This document shows, one piece after another, positions 1 through 14,851 of a DNA stretch of 64,000 nucleotides (positions are counted from its first letter, which is position 1; each line of letters opens with the position of its first letter). The stretch comes from Eledone cirrhosa (lineage: Eukaryota): NCBI GenBank assembly GCA_964016885.1, contig OZ024741.1, positions 99,324,001-99,388,000 of the forward strand, given 5' to 3'. The translations under genes and the position numbers were made by a program. The notes beneath the pieces were generated by a model. The model did no database searches. It was not told where the DNA came from and saw only the letters and a list, made by a program, of their open reading frames with translations.

Positions 1-1241
1 CGGGTGATTTTTTGTTTGTTTGGTTTTTTTTTTCATTTTGGTAGTGATATTTACTAGGGTTTCAATGTCCAATTATGACCATCCCTCCAGATTTTTCACG
101 ATGATACAGTGTGAAGAGCGATGAAATTTGTAACCTCGTCACTATCTATCTAGCTCCCTCTGTATCTGTCTATCTCTCTTTATCTATCTACCTGTCTGGC
201 AATCTATAGCTCTATCTGTCTTCCTCTGTATCACTCTAGTTGATTTACTGACTATAGCTATATATGTATATTTACCAATGTATCTCTCTTCGAACAAAAA
301 CAAGAAGAAATCATGTATCTTAATAGCAAGCCGAAGATAAACATATACATTACTAGAACAAAGTCTTCGAAATTTAATGGATATAGGTTTGTTAATGATT
401 ACAGAAAAGATGGAGGAAATTATTATATGGGATTTCAATGAATGGCCAGTAGGACAAGAGGAAACTCGAGGATTCAAACGTTTTACATAGAATGTTGTAA
501 TCAAGGAATTGTCAAATTAAATATTTTCTTTACTATAAACCCCGCCAATTGTTACGGGTACTTTGCTCGTATATATATATATGTGTGTGTGTCTGTGTGT
601 CTGTGTGTATCTGCGTATCTGTGTGTCGATGTGTGGGTATGTGTCTGTGTGTGTGTGTATGTGTGTGCGTATGTGTGTGAGTGTGTTTGCGTGAGTATCA
701 TATATATATATATTTTTTTTTTTTTTAGCATATATTCTGATAGGTATATCCCTATATTTACATAATATGCACTCGCTCCACTACAGAAATATCATATTTA
801 CACCAGGATATTTTGATTTGTATCTTGAAAATACATTTTTACTGGTATAACAACACATGGATTTTTTCCAGTTGTCCTTTTTGTTTGCATGTGATAAGAA
901 TTATCAACTTTCTATTAATAATGTTTTTACTGATGAATAATTGCCATGAGATACAATTGAGGAAGGTAGAGTTGGCAAGCGCTCAAATTTACGTTTATGT
1001 ATTATAGGTGTTATTATAGGTGTCGTTGAGACGCTATTATTTATCATGAACTTATATTCGTTGAACATGGTCACTATATTTATACTCTCTCTCTATATAT
1101 ATACATTGATTATATATATATATGTATATATATGTATATATATATATATGTGTGTGTAAAAGATAAACAGAAATAACATCACAATTGGTAAAGTATATGA
1201 CAGGAATATATTAGGTTAACGCTTGAAATAGCAAAAGAGAG

Positions 1242-1277
1242 TCTTGGCATTTCGTACGCTAGTCCTTCATCAGAAGA
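1242..1277 (-). ncRNA. Decayed minimal type I hammerhead ribozyme
   Basis: Minus strand tctt-CTGATGA-aggactagcgtac-GAAA-tgcc-aaga; stem I tctt/aaga is intact but the cleavage triplet is mutated. Similar decayed motifs at about 22137-22172 (-) and 50518-50555 (+). Confidence 0.5.
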
Positions 1278-1375
1278 AAGAATGAGAAATAAGATAGATT
1301 AAAGGGACGGGCGGGTTGGAATTGGAAAAAATGTCTTTAGATAAAAATAACAGGGAGAACATACTCTATATATAC

Positions 1376-1459
<84 letters not shown>

Positions 1460-1825
1460 AGGATTTTACCAGTTTTAGACTCGATACTTCGGATAGTTGA
1501 GTGAAACTATATCAAAGAGATTCGGAGCCCAATGGCTGAGCTCTTGCTGTTTGACAGCCAATTCCAGACTGGGGACAAAACTAGGTGGTCTAAGGGGATT
1601 GAAGTGTCGGTAAATGGATAAGTGGTCAGTTAAATGATATTGGCTCTTAAAAGGCTATTAATGAAAGTTCTAGAATCAATTGATTTTTTTTTAATATATA
1701 TATTTTAAGGTAGTAGATGAGTGTATGAGTGCCTGCTCCGGTGCCTGCGCATATGGGTTTGTGCGTGCGCTTGTATATTTCATTATCTATGTAGACAGGG
1801 TATCATTGTCTATGTAGATATTGGA

Positions 1826-1874
1826 ATTAGCTGTCGAAACGGCAAGAGCTCAGTCGCTGGGCTCCGATTCTCTG

Positions 1875-1918
<44 letters not shown>

Positions 1919-2105
1919 AGTCACGACCCCGACGGCTGAGCTCCGGCCGTTTCGACAGCTAGATCCGAATTAGCTGTCGAAACGACCGGAGCTCAGCCGT
2001 TGGGGTCTTGACTCTTTTCATATCACCCACTTTTCATATTACCCTAAGTATCGAATACTCTGGTATGTTATGGTCCACCTGGTATCTTACCACACCTTCT
2101 TTGTT
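1826..2105. repeat. Short dispersed element family (gaccccgacggctgagctccggccgtttcgacagctagatccg), here in inverted copies
   Basis: Same sequence at about 1520-1570, 2963-3100, 30163-30300 and 54690-54850; 1925-2007 is a tail-to-tail palindrome. Confidence 0.75.
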
Positions 2106-2279
2106 ATATAAATATATATATATATACATATATGTACATCAATACTCATCTGTTTCGATTTATCTGAGGGTTCTAAACCCCGTTATCAGACTAAAATTTC
2201 TCTAGTCAAAAAAATACGGTGAAAGCTATTCTATTTTCTAATTTCAAACCTGCTCACTGTTTTAAAACATACTTACTTG

Positions 2280-2364
<85 letters not shown>

Positions 2365-2666
2365 ATTAAGTATAACAAGATGAAATTTCATATTAGTGTT
2401 TTTATTGGTTATTGACCAGTTATGTACGTTTCTCAGATGATTGGCTCAAGATCCATATTTGTGTTGTAGATCCGACTCCAGCATCAATATGGTCATCAAA
2501 TACCTTAATCAAGTTAAAATCAATATATAGTGACAGGGGACACCTCAACAGCGACTAATTTGGCCAAGGGAGAGAGAGAGAAAGGGATAAACGAAAATGT
2601 GAATTCATATCTATGTAAACTATGTTTTCTAGTATTCTCTTTAATTAATATACACCTTAATTTTAT

Positions 2667-2704
<38 letters not shown>

Positions 2705-2711
2705 CATATTT

Positions 2712-2762
2712 TTTCTAGTCTGAAGAAGTCGAAATTTTTATCGACTGAAACAGGTACTAAAA
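2712..2762 (+). ncRNA. Hammerhead-like motif, probably decayed
   Basis: CTGAAGA-agtcga(aattttta)tcgact-GAAA-caggta; stem II is perfect but the stem I register is imperfect. Confidence 0.5.
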
Positions 2763-2962
2763 ATTGTTTTAAAAACTGTTTTTCTGTTTTTTCTATGATG
2801 AAATTCTATTAGCATTTTCTACTGTTTTCTTATTTTCCTAATATATATCAACTCGTGTGTCACTTCTCAATATTATATTTATATATATATGGTACCCCAG
2901 CATGGTCTCAGCCGGATGGCTGGAACAGGTAAACAAGTAAAAGCGTATATATATATATATAT

Positions 2963-3100
2963 AACAAAGAAAGTGTGGTAAGGAACCAGGTGGACCATAA
3001 CGCACCAGAGTACTCGATACTTAGGGTAGTAGAGTGGGTAATAGGAAAAGAGTCAGGACCCCGACGGCTGAGCTCCGGCGTTTCGACAGCTAGATCCGAA
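2963..3100 (+). repeat. Copy of the gaccccgacggctgagctcc short element family
   Basis: Near-identical to 30163-30300 and to the reverse complement of 1970-2105; flanked by (TA)n. Confidence 0.75.
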
Positions 3101-3503
3101 CTGTATATATATATGTATATATACATATATGTTTGTATGTGTGTGTATTCGCGTCATATAGATGTGTGAGTACAACTGTTAACTTAAATATATGCACCGA
3201 GATAATAAAAAAAATTATAGGAAATGTCAAACGCACCTGCCGACAAGTATTGGGATCGAACCTATGTCGTTCTCACGACGTACTTATCAAATGAAATAAC
3301 CTTAATTGAAATAACCGGCCTTACTTTGGTTTCGCTTTAGAAATAAGGTTTAGACAGAAGACACAAATATTTGGAAATGTATAATAACATATGCCTATGT
3401 ATGTATGTATGTATGTATGTATGCATGTACGTATGTATATATGTATGTATGTATGTATGCATGTATGTGTGTATATATATGTATGTTTGTTTTTGTATCT
3501 CTG

Positions 3504-3598
<95 letters not shown>

Positions 3599-3642
3599 GT
3601 ATGTATAGTATATTTGACAATATACCGTGGCTAAGAGTGCGT

Positions 3643-3683
3643 GGCTCTGATGATCGCCAACAGCGTGAAACAGACTGTTAGCT
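3643..3683 (+). ncRNA. Type I hammerhead ribozyme, complete core
   Basis: ggct-CTGATGA-t-cgc(caaca)gcg-t-GAAA-cagactg-TT-agct: stem I ggct/agct, near-palindromic stem III, GUU cleavage triplet. Confidence 0.75.
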
Positions 3684-3901
3684 TCTCTCCCTTCTTTCAC
3701 CGAAAAGAAGTAAGTAACATAGTCACTACTTTAAAACCGATAGCGTATGGTCTTCTAAATGTTTTTAATTAAACATACGGTATATTGTCAAATATACTAT
3801 ACATACATTCATGTATACATCGCTATTTCAGAGCACCAATCCTAATATATATGTGTGTGTGTGTATGTGTGTATGTGTGTGTGTGTACGTATGTATGTTT
3901 T

Positions 3902-3932
<31 letters not shown>

Positions 3933-4444
3933 AGTATGCATGTTTTTATATATATATATACAAATAAATGTACGTATGTATATATGTACATATCTATATA
4001 TACATATATATACATATGTTTGTGTGCAAATGTATGCATATGTGTGTGTGTACGTATGTGTAAGTAGGTAGGTATATTTTTTGTAGTTCTTCTTGCTTTC
4101 TAAATATTTACCATCGCATGAAGCTTGGGACAGCTGTCAGATGAAACATTCCGAATCTACTTGTTTGACCACTTCTTTGACTGTTAATGTTTAGCAGATA
4201 CGTAAATAGTTTCAGTTCGTATACATACACACACAAGCACACACGCACACGCACGCACACACTCTCATACACATACACACTCACATAGGCACATGGGTGT
4301 GTACTTCTGTAAATGTATATGTATGTGCGGCTAGACTTTTGATATGAATGTGTGTGTTTAGAAAAGAGATGAGATTTGTAAATGCTTAGAAATATACGTT
4401 CTTTACTATACAGAAACACACATACATACACACACATACATACA

Positions 4445-5055
4445 TGGTGGCTGCCAACTCGTTTTCGAGTACGGCCACTACTTTATATCCATGTAGGAAA
4501 ACTCCTACCGATGCGCTGAACGAGTGTGACTTTTTAGTCCAGCCAGCGACATGAAAACTCTGGTACAAACACTACACTTGTGACAATTACTGACACATAG
4601 TGCTGGGCCCATGGTACCATGTGACGACAAGTGCAGAGAGATCTCCAGATATAAAGCAATGCCTGTGCCGTGAAGCTTTTATAGTGAGCAAAGGCACTGC
4701 ACAAAGCCAGTCCCACTCTCTTAACCAAGGCGATATTTACCAAAAAGAAGAGCAAGTCAACATCATTGGATAGCATCAGGGTTGCAGGTGTTATATCAGA
4801 GTTTTCCTTCTCCTAGAATTCTGTCTTGACAAAGACTAAGGGGTCTTCTCTCCCGGTGATTTTGGATGGCCATTGACCCTTAAGAGCTCCTTTGCCCTTT
4901 GACAGGTTTTGTTTTTAGTCCTGCAGGATGTCCAAAGTCACCCTCCTCACCAAGAAACCTTGGTGGGGTTGCCAGTTTAGTCGCCAACGACCCGACCATG
5001 AGACAGGTTGTACTGGGATACATGTTACCAGTAGCACCAACTGGTGACCTGACAT
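4445..5055 (-). mobile_element. Probable 5' region of an RTE-type LINE or derived element
   Basis: Balanced-GC island between microsatellites; carries ctaggagaaggaaaactctga, which I recall from RTE 5' UTRs. No coding match seen. Confidence 0.3.
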
Positions 5056-5353
5056 ATAATATATACATACATACATGCATGCATACATACATACATGCAT
5101 ACATATATACATGCATACATATATACATACATACATACATACATGCATACATATATACATACATACATACATACATGTATACATACATACATACATACAA
5201 ACATTTATATTCAGTGGTATGTTGATGAAGGTAAAATACATTCGCCTATATATATATATATATATACATACATATATATAAATATATACACATACATATA
5301 TATATACATATATATATATACATATGTATATATGTACGTATATATATACATAC

Positions 5354-5449
<96 letters not shown>

Positions 5450-5493
5450 GTATGTATATATATACATATGTATGTATATATATGTATATATAC

Positions 5494-5580
<87 letters not shown>

Positions 5581-5635
5581 TATACACACATATATATATA
5601 CATATATATATACACACACACATATATATATATAT
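5056..5635. repeat. (TACA)n/(TA)n microsatellite block
   Basis: Seen directly. Confidence 0.9.
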
Positions 5636-6369
5636 AAACTTTTATTTCTCTTGCTATCTCCTATAATAATATATAGGTGTTTGTGTGTCTTTGTGTGTGA
5701 CAAGTGCGAATAAAAGTTTGTTTTCCTATGTGTGTATGTCTATGTGTATATAAAGGAATGTGAAAATAAATAAATACAGATACGTCAATGTATGGTATGT
5801 GAGAGTACTTTGTATAAATACATGTGTGTGTGTATATGTGTATCTGCTGTGTATGTGTGTTTATAATACTTCCTGCAATGAAAGCTATTTAGTAGTTCAT
5901 TAAATATGACGCCAAAAACAAACCCACTTGCACCAAAGGTCGCATACAAATGAGACCTTTGATCGGTCATAGGTCATTTTATGTATGACCTTTGAGTAAG
6001 AAGAGGACTATTGTCGCCACCCTAGAACTGAAAAAATGTGGTATCAACTGTAGGGAGCAATATTCGTAACTGTCGTTTTTGTTGTTTTTTTCTTTCATCC
6101 CGACCTATCTTTACTCTGGTTGGTAGAGTTCATTCGCCACTTGGTTTGACATCACCACCTAGCTCTAGAATTCCTTTACTAGAGATCATTCGGACCTAGT
6201 TTGGAGCTACCATCTTCCCTCCTTGCAACCAATGACGGGAGCTATGAAAAGGGCCATAGACACTGACTTCCATTCCTGACTAAATAGCAAAACAAAAGAT
6301 ACGCCCATATATATGTTAATTCAGTTTTATAAGAGTACGTCATTTTCATTTTTTTTGTTTTTTTTTATC

Positions 6370-6602
6370 GATCGACAAGATCCCAGACCTCATTCGTTTA
6401 CCGGGTGGGGTGGAACTCGTCAAATCTGACTCTGTTGCCATTAGTCTTTCCATTGGTGACACTATACCGGTCTTCTGACAGAAAGAGCTACGTGAAATGA
6501 AGTATCTCGCTGAAGGGCATAACGCATCGTCCGTCCGGGAATCGAACTCGCCACCTCACGATTACGATTCCAATACTCTAACCACTTAACCACTCGCCTT
6601 CA
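6370..6602 (-). mobile_element. tRNA-derived SINE with CORE-like domain
   Basis: Minus-strand A box (tggttaagtgg) and B box (gagttcgattccc); related to 8425-8640. Confidence 0.65.
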
Positions 6603-6837
6603 TAGAAGTGTTCATATTGCAGTAAGTAATGCTTGATGTGAGTAGGGTGGATTATATATAGCGTTTCTCTGATTATATTTCACGTAGGAACAGTTTTTAA
6701 TAGCTGTGTTTACACTAGAGCTCCGTTTTATGTAAGAACGGTTTTTGGTAGATGTGTTTACACTGTATCTTTAATGAATGTAGGTAGGATCTGAAATAGG
6801 TGGATCACGCTTTCTTGTATATATATATAGTATATAA

Positions 6838-7110
<273 letters not shown>

Positions 7111-7172
7111 CTTTATACTTTCACTCGTGTAGGACACATCGGTTATTTTTCATTTTGTAAAAAAAAACTCAC

Positions 7173-7265
<93 letters not shown>

Positions 7266-7293
7266 TGGTTACACAGCAGTTAGTTCACCATAC

Positions 7294-7331
7294 CGAGAAC
7301 AATTGTTTCACCTTAGCGGATCCTCAGCCCG
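7294..7331 (-). ncRNA. Minimal type I hammerhead ribozyme inside a 31-bp inverted repeat (7263-7389)
   Basis: Minus strand cggg-CTGAGGA-t-cc(gctaa)gg-t-GAAA-caattg-TT-ctcg; palindromic stem III CAATTG. Confidence 0.65.
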
Positions 7332-7470
7332 TAATGGACATGGTTATACGGTTATAAGGTATGGTGAACTAACTGTTGTGTAACCACTTCTACCTAACTC
7401 GTCCCATGGACTGAGTGCTCTACCGCTACGGATATTACCTTCCAGTGTTCTACCACTATATATATATAGA

Positions 7471-7954
<484 letters not shown>

Positions 7955-8017
7955 TTTAAATTCGCTACCTGTTTGTAAACAAAGCCTGCTTTGTGTCTCC
8001 TATTTATACACACACAC

Positions 8018-8047
<30 letters not shown>

Positions 8048-8051
<4 letters not shown>

Positions 8052-8306
8052 GGAAAAAATGAAACGAAATTTCATTTCCCATCTTAGTACGGCTGTTACT
8101 TAAATATAAGTATGTACACGTACATACATATATGTATACAGACGTACAGTAGTATGTATATATATATACATACATACACACATATATATATGTACGTATG
8201 GATTCACCGAACATTTATTATAATGCTCGGTGTGTTTGTAAACAAACATCCCGTATTAAGCCGTAGTGTCTAGCAACCATCGTTGCTCGTTTGTTCAACA
8301 CCGACA
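8048..8306 (-). repeat. 5'-truncated copy of the hammerhead-bearing element at 17853-18280
   Basis: Reverse complement matches 18012-18280 (cgagcattataataaatgttcggt...aatgaaatttcgtttcatt); embedded in (TA)n. Confidence 0.75.
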
Positions 8307-8335
8307 ATATATATGTATATATGTATATATATATA

Positions 8336-8402
<67 letters not shown>

Positions 8403-8424
8403 TTATATATATATATTTATTCTA

Positions 8425-8640
8425 GTCGATCGACTTTCGTCAAATCGGACCGAGGAAACTATGTTTCCGTTGGTCTTTCCAATTGCTAATACTATCTATC
8501 GGTCGCAACTCCAGGTAGAAGGAGCAACGTGAAATAAAGTGTCTTGCTCAAGGACATAACGTATCTCCTGGTTCAGGAATCGAACTCACAACCTCACGAT
8601 TGTGAATCCAATACTCTAACCACTCAGCCACACGCCTTCA
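8425..8640 (-). mobile_element. tRNA-derived SINE with CORE-like domain
   Basis: Minus strand tggctgagtgg (A box), gagttcgattcc (B box), then tgtccttgagcaagacactt. Relatives at about 20670-20740, 33470-33600 and 47630-47735. Confidence 0.7.
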
Positions 8641-8645
8641 CAAAT

Positions 8646-8707
<62 letters not shown>

Positions 8708-9014
8708 ATTTATTCCACTTTTATTGGAAATAGTTTCGGTATTGATCTCAACAGCTGATAAATTCTCCATGTTCGTTAGAAACCACAAGATACTTGCTCA
8801 AATCACTTGTTGATGGACAAGTGCCAAGGACGAGCCAAATTAATGGCTTCTTAAGTTAATCGCAGACCATTTTTGTCATATTGTTATCATACAAGCTCTT
8901 TACTTGCAGCAACATCTACTTTAGTAATGACTGAACTACACTTGAGGTGGGCTTCCTTCAAATTTAGGTCAGCTATATATTTCTATCTATCTATCGATCT
9001 ATCTATCTCTCTCT

Positions 9015-10422
9015 ACCAGACGTGTGTAACTTCACGGAGAAGTTTCCGTTATTTTATGTAAGAAAAAAACGTGAGTTTTCAGTTAAATTTTATATTATTG
9101 TGTAACTTGGCCCCCCGTCTGGACCTTCAGGTGGTGGGTCAACTCATTTTCGCCCCCACAGGGGTGAAATATTCGTTTGAAAATTTTTTCTCCATCGAAT
9201 TTTTGAAAAAAATATAGTAAGAAGTTTGATTACGTTATGAACGCTGCGTTCAACGATAATGGTGGTGGAGAGTCGGTAAGACTACAGAGCTCGCAGTCAA
9301 CATGGTCTTCTTCCCTAGATACTATAGAGATGGAAAGACGAAATGAAAATGTAAAAACAAATTCATATCCAAACAACACAAATGACACCAAACAGTTCAA
9401 TGACAACAAAAATAACAACAACACCAATAATGATGATAAAAACAACAATGACAACAACATCAAAGAAAAAAAGAAAAACAACACCAATAACACCAGCATC
9501 AAAGACAACAACAACACCAAGGAAAATACGAATAATATCAACATCGGTGACGACAAGAATAACAACAACAATAACAACAATAATGACAACACCACCAACA
9601 CGGATAATTCCACAAAGAAACCAAAAAAATCTCCTTTGCACAGACAGTTCAAAAAAAGGAGGAACTGATATATCTCGACATAACAAATGCTGAACAACTT
9701 TTAAAGGACGCTAGGAGATATGTCACTTTCGAAAAAAATGGTGCTTTCAGCATCAATTCTCCGGTAGAAATTCGCAAGGAAACTGCTCTCAAAACGATAG
9801 TTTTTAGGACAGTTTCCAATTCTACCCGAAAACCAGTCCAATTGTCACAGAAAGAAATTGAACTGGTTTTCAAAAATTCAATGAATGATATTGCATTCAT
9901 TCAAAGAAGCAAACTTTTTGGGAGTATTTCGGTACTCATGAAGGATCAATTGACGGCCCAAAATTACTCTGTGTCGCCAATTGTATCCAACCTGTACACC
10001 TTTTTCCCTACATACATGGGAAAAAGGACACAAAAGATCAAAATCACGAGTGTCACACCAAAGGTAAACATATGGTGGATATGGTGGATAAAGGCGGGCT
10101 CCTTTGGTGAGAAGATCCATCTGCTGCCAACACCCTTCTAACGGAGGGCTGGGGATGCCGTGGTTGACGATGCGCAAACACGCGCTCAGGCTGCGGCATC
10201 TCTACGTATTCCTCACCGGACAACCGGTGTGGGCCCCGTTACCCATATAAACTGTTACCCATATAAACTGTAACCCATATAAACTGTCTCCCCCTATTGG
10301 GGAAAATCGACTAACTTTTTAAATTGCATTTGTGATAACATTTTACACGTTTTTTATTGTATGTAAACTTCTCCCTTTGTATTTGTCCCCTTCTTTTGTG
10401 CCCCTGTGGCTAATAAAGAAAC
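9015..10422 (+). mobile_element. Tx1-clade LINE family A, internally deleted copy
   Basis: 9015-10090 matches 36071-37150 (5' UTR and ORF1 start); 10091-10240 matches ORF2 at 40741-40890; ends in the shared AATAAA tail followed by (TCTA)/(TC)n. Confidence 0.9.
9237..10090 (+). pseudogene. Truncated, frameshifted Tx1 ORF1
   Basis: Near-identical to ORF1 at 36293-37150; frameshift at the A-run near 9625 and a TGA at 9691. Confidence 0.8.
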
Positions 10423-10424
10423 AT

Positions 10425-10576
<152 letters not shown>

Positions 10577-11077
10577 CTATTTATCTATCTATAATTATTT
10601 CTAATTTTAACACAGCCAGCAATTTGGGGGGAAAGGAAAAAGTGGATTATATCAATCCCGGTATTTGACTGATACTTTTATTTATCGACCTGGGAGGGAT
10701 GAAAGACAAAGTTTACCCCAACGGGACTTCAACGTAAAGAAAGGAAGCAAATACCGCAAAACAAATAACGACTCAGCTAAGAATGATTCAGATAGAGTGT
10801 TGATCTTTTATAGAAGTTACAAATTTGCTCCAAATATATGAAAGAATTTGAAAACAAATAAAGCAAATAGATGGTGCAAAACATTGTCCAAGCTAATGCT
10901 GTTCGTTCTCGACTTTAGATCTGAAAATATTTTCATAGCACCATATCTATATTTTTAACAATCATTTTCCATCAATAAAATTGTCAAAGTATTCAGTCTG
11001 CCTTAAATATTTCTTTATAAGCTTTAATTTACTAAGGTTTATCTCACCTGTGTCAATAATTAGAGCTAAACACGTAT

Positions 11078-11176
<99 letters not shown>

Positions 11177-11849
11177 CCTTACTTCAAATGCATTTTTAGT
11201 GGTACAAAAGACAAATCCTAAGTTATTGGGGATTTAGTAACATAGCTCAACATGAACACCTAATTTAAGACAATTCATTTCCATTGACCGTCTGAAAAAA
11301 ATGTTCGCCATTTTCTGTTTAACAACCATTTATCTTCAAAAATGACTGTCGTCTGAGACTGGCGTGAAATCATAACTGCGCAGATTTCATGGGGGAACTG
11401 CGAAACAAATATCTAAAGAGCTATAATTCACATAAACATTGAGGAAGGAAATTTCAGACGAAATATATAGTTTCGTGGAGAATAACAGATTTGTTTACCT
11501 GAATAGGGGCACAATAGATTATTCATATAACACAATTTTACAACGAAGTTTTCTATTATTTTCGTCAATATTTTGATTACATTATGCTTCTAATTAAATC
11601 TGTAATGTTTAAAAATTATATCAAACATGCATGTATACTTTATATATGTGTGTGTGTGTACGAGTGTATATGTACCTATATATAGAGAGATAATTCTATG
11701 CACATATATTTGCATATGTGTCTGTATCTATCAATGTATGTGTGTGTCTATATGTGTGCTTGTTTGTCTTATATCGCTTTTGTTGTGTTATTTTCGAAGT
11801 GAGGACATTGTAATGTTGCAGACGATGAGATACTGTATACGTGTAATGC

Positions 11850-11940
<91 letters not shown>

Positions 11941-12040
11941 TGTGTGTGTGTGTGTGTGTGTAAATACTTGAAATACACTTCAACGTAAACAAAAACGAGA
12001 AAACCTAGATAGATGTATATATGTATGTACGTATGCACTT

Positions 12041-12107
<67 letters not shown>

Positions 12108-12605
12108 CGTGTATTTGCGTGTGCCTAAATGGGTGAGTATATTTGTAAGGCATTATGAAAGATAAAATATGAGAATAATATAGAATTAATTAAATTTTGA
12201 ACAACTATTTTAGGTATGCATGTGTCGTCAGTTAAATATATATGAAAAGGAGACCCCATCCCACCTCACTACAGACACACAAAAAATGAAAGAATGGCCC
12301 AGATTAGAAGACAATTGAAACAAACAACTAAACCTCAACCTCCATTCACAACCACTGCTACCACCGAAAATATTTATTTAATCTCAGTAACAAACAAAAA
12401 TACTTAAATTGTTGTCTTTCTTTTATTTTTTTTATGTCATAAACTTTGAAATCAATCAAAATGCCTTAATTGGGAATTAAAGCCCTAAAGTTAAAACTGA
12501 AGAATTTTGTCTTTTCTTTTGTTTTGTTTTTGTTTTTTTGGGGGGTTTTTGTTTTTTGTTTTTTGTTTTGTTTGTGTCCTGTCTATGAGGAAGAATTAAG
12601 ATAAA

Positions 12606-13150
12606 TAACAACAACAACAATAAGAATAATAGGTAAATAATAGGAACAACAACAGTAACAGCAACAACAAGAATAACAACAACAACAACAATAACAGCAG
12701 CAACAACAACAATAACAATAACAGCAGCAGCAACAACAACAATAACAGCAGCAGCAGCAACAACAACAAAAATACCAGCAGCAGCAACAACAACAACAAC
12801 AACAATAACAGCAGCAGCAGCAACAATAATAATAGTTAAATAATAGGAACAACAACAATAACTGCAGCAACAACAATAACATCAACAATAACAGCAGCAA
12901 CAACAACAACAGCAACAACAATAATAACAGCAGCAACAACAACAACAACAATAACAGCAGCAGCAACAACAACAACAATAGTTAAATAATAGGAATAACA
13001 ACAATAACAGCAGCAACAGCAACAACAACAATAACAACATTAATAGTTAAATAATAGGAATAACAACAGTAACAGCAACAACAGCAACAGCAACAACATC
13101 AGCAATGATAACAACAACAGCAGCAATTATAATGATGATGATGATGATGC
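12606..13150. repeat. (CAA/CAG/TAA)n tract with a recurring aatagttaaataataggaa higher-order unit
   Basis: Marker repeated at about 12630, 12830, 12977 and 13042. Confidence 0.85.
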
Positions 13151-13359
13151 TCGATGTTCTATGTATTTCATGCTAGCATTGCACCCCCACCCCCACCCCC
13201 CACCCTCATAAAATAGAGACAGTTATAGACAGTATGAAAAGACCTTAATACGAAAAAGGACAAGAATGCTTCTGATATTAAACGATAGGGAGCGTACTTA
13301 TACTGGCCACAACATCCATACCATGTAACAGCAATGGTAAAATAGTATCAACTATAATA

Positions 13360-13760
13360 ATTGTTTCTACTTTTGGCACAAGGCCAGCAATTATCACAGT
13401 GCATTACTGGTACTTTATTTTATCGACCCTGTAAGGATGAAAGGCAAAGTTAACCTCGGCGGGATTTGAACTCAGACCGTAAAGAGTGTTAACTCTATGT
13501 TGCAAAGCATGGCATTCAAACCTCTACCTATACCGCCAACTATAATAATGATTTCTAGTATAAGCACAAGGCCAGTAATTTGGGGAAGGGGAAAGTCGAT
13601 TAAATCAACCCCCAGTACGTTACTGGTGCTTTATTTCATCGACCCCGTAAAGATGAAAGGCTAAGTTAACCTCGGCGGGATTTGAACTCAGACCGTAAAA
13701 GGCCGTAACTCTATGCCGCAAAGCATGGTGTCCGACTCTCTATCTATACCGCTAACTATA
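13360..13760 (-). mobile_element. Two tandem copies of the major tRNA-derived SINE
   Basis: Minus-strand B box gagttcaaatccc followed by gcctttcatccttacggggtcgataaaataaagtaccag. Confidence 0.8.
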
Positions 13761-14051
13761 ATAATACGGTATATATACTTATAAAAGGGAAGTTTCTTTG
13801 TACGTTGACCGCTGATAACGCTAAATAAAATTAATAATAATTAAGGTTTTTCCTATATTTTCAACTCATCTGACCTAGACTTATTTTCCGAAAACAGAAT
13901 GGGAGGCGAATTAGAGGAAAATTTACTGGTCTTTCTAGCACACAGATACTGTATGTTCGTCCATCTATCTATATATAGAGAGGGAATCACTACTCCAACT
14001 CTCATTCAATCCACCTCACCCTCTCTCTAACTAACTAAAACGTAATGTGTG

Positions 14052-14119
<68 letters not shown>

Positions 14120-14851
14120 GTTCTCTCTCTGTATTTCTCTGTGTATGTGTTTCTGTATTCCTGAGAATATTTGTGTTTCTTTATTACCAACAAAGCAAAT
14201 AAACTTTAAAAAATTATTTTCACAATAATGACAAGTGATTGTTTTTGTTGTTATTCTAACTCACTCGCCAACAACTCCCTTTTCTGAAAACGGAGGCGGG
14301 GAGGGGGAGATCCTTGGAGTTACAGATAAGCACCTCTAAGTCTTTTAAATTTATATAAAAGCGCCCGCTGGGGATCGCGAAGAAAATTATTTTCCTAGGG
14401 TTTTTCTTTTTCCGTGTTTTCAAATAATGTGACCTTCAACATGCTTTCAATCACTTTTTTTCTTCCGAAAACGGAATGGGGGCTACGAGGGAACCTACAA
14501 AGTATTTGTGCAAATACGTCAACAATGGTTCCGATGCTGCCTTGTTTGCACTACAAAAAGGAAATATGTCCGACGAGGTGCCCAATTTACAACATGGCCG
14601 TTATATCAGCAATAAAGATGGGGTGAGGGGTTGACCCTCCGATTTTCCCAGCCTCAGAGAGTTCTTATGTCGGATTTTTTTTTTTTTTTTCTATTATAGG
14701 TCTTTTGTTTGTTTTCCACCAATCTGATATCCGACTCACTCGCCAATGAAGGGCCAAAATATACTTTATTGATTTCGACATTTTAAAGCATTTCGACAAC
14801 TTTGTTGTCGAAATGCTTAAAGATTATTGACGGCACGAATCCTCAAGTTAA

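Noticed and set aside
4915-5713. YI/CV/HT-repeat ORFs here and throughout the window
   Set aside because: Stop-free translations of (TA)n, (TG)n and (TATG)n microsatellites.
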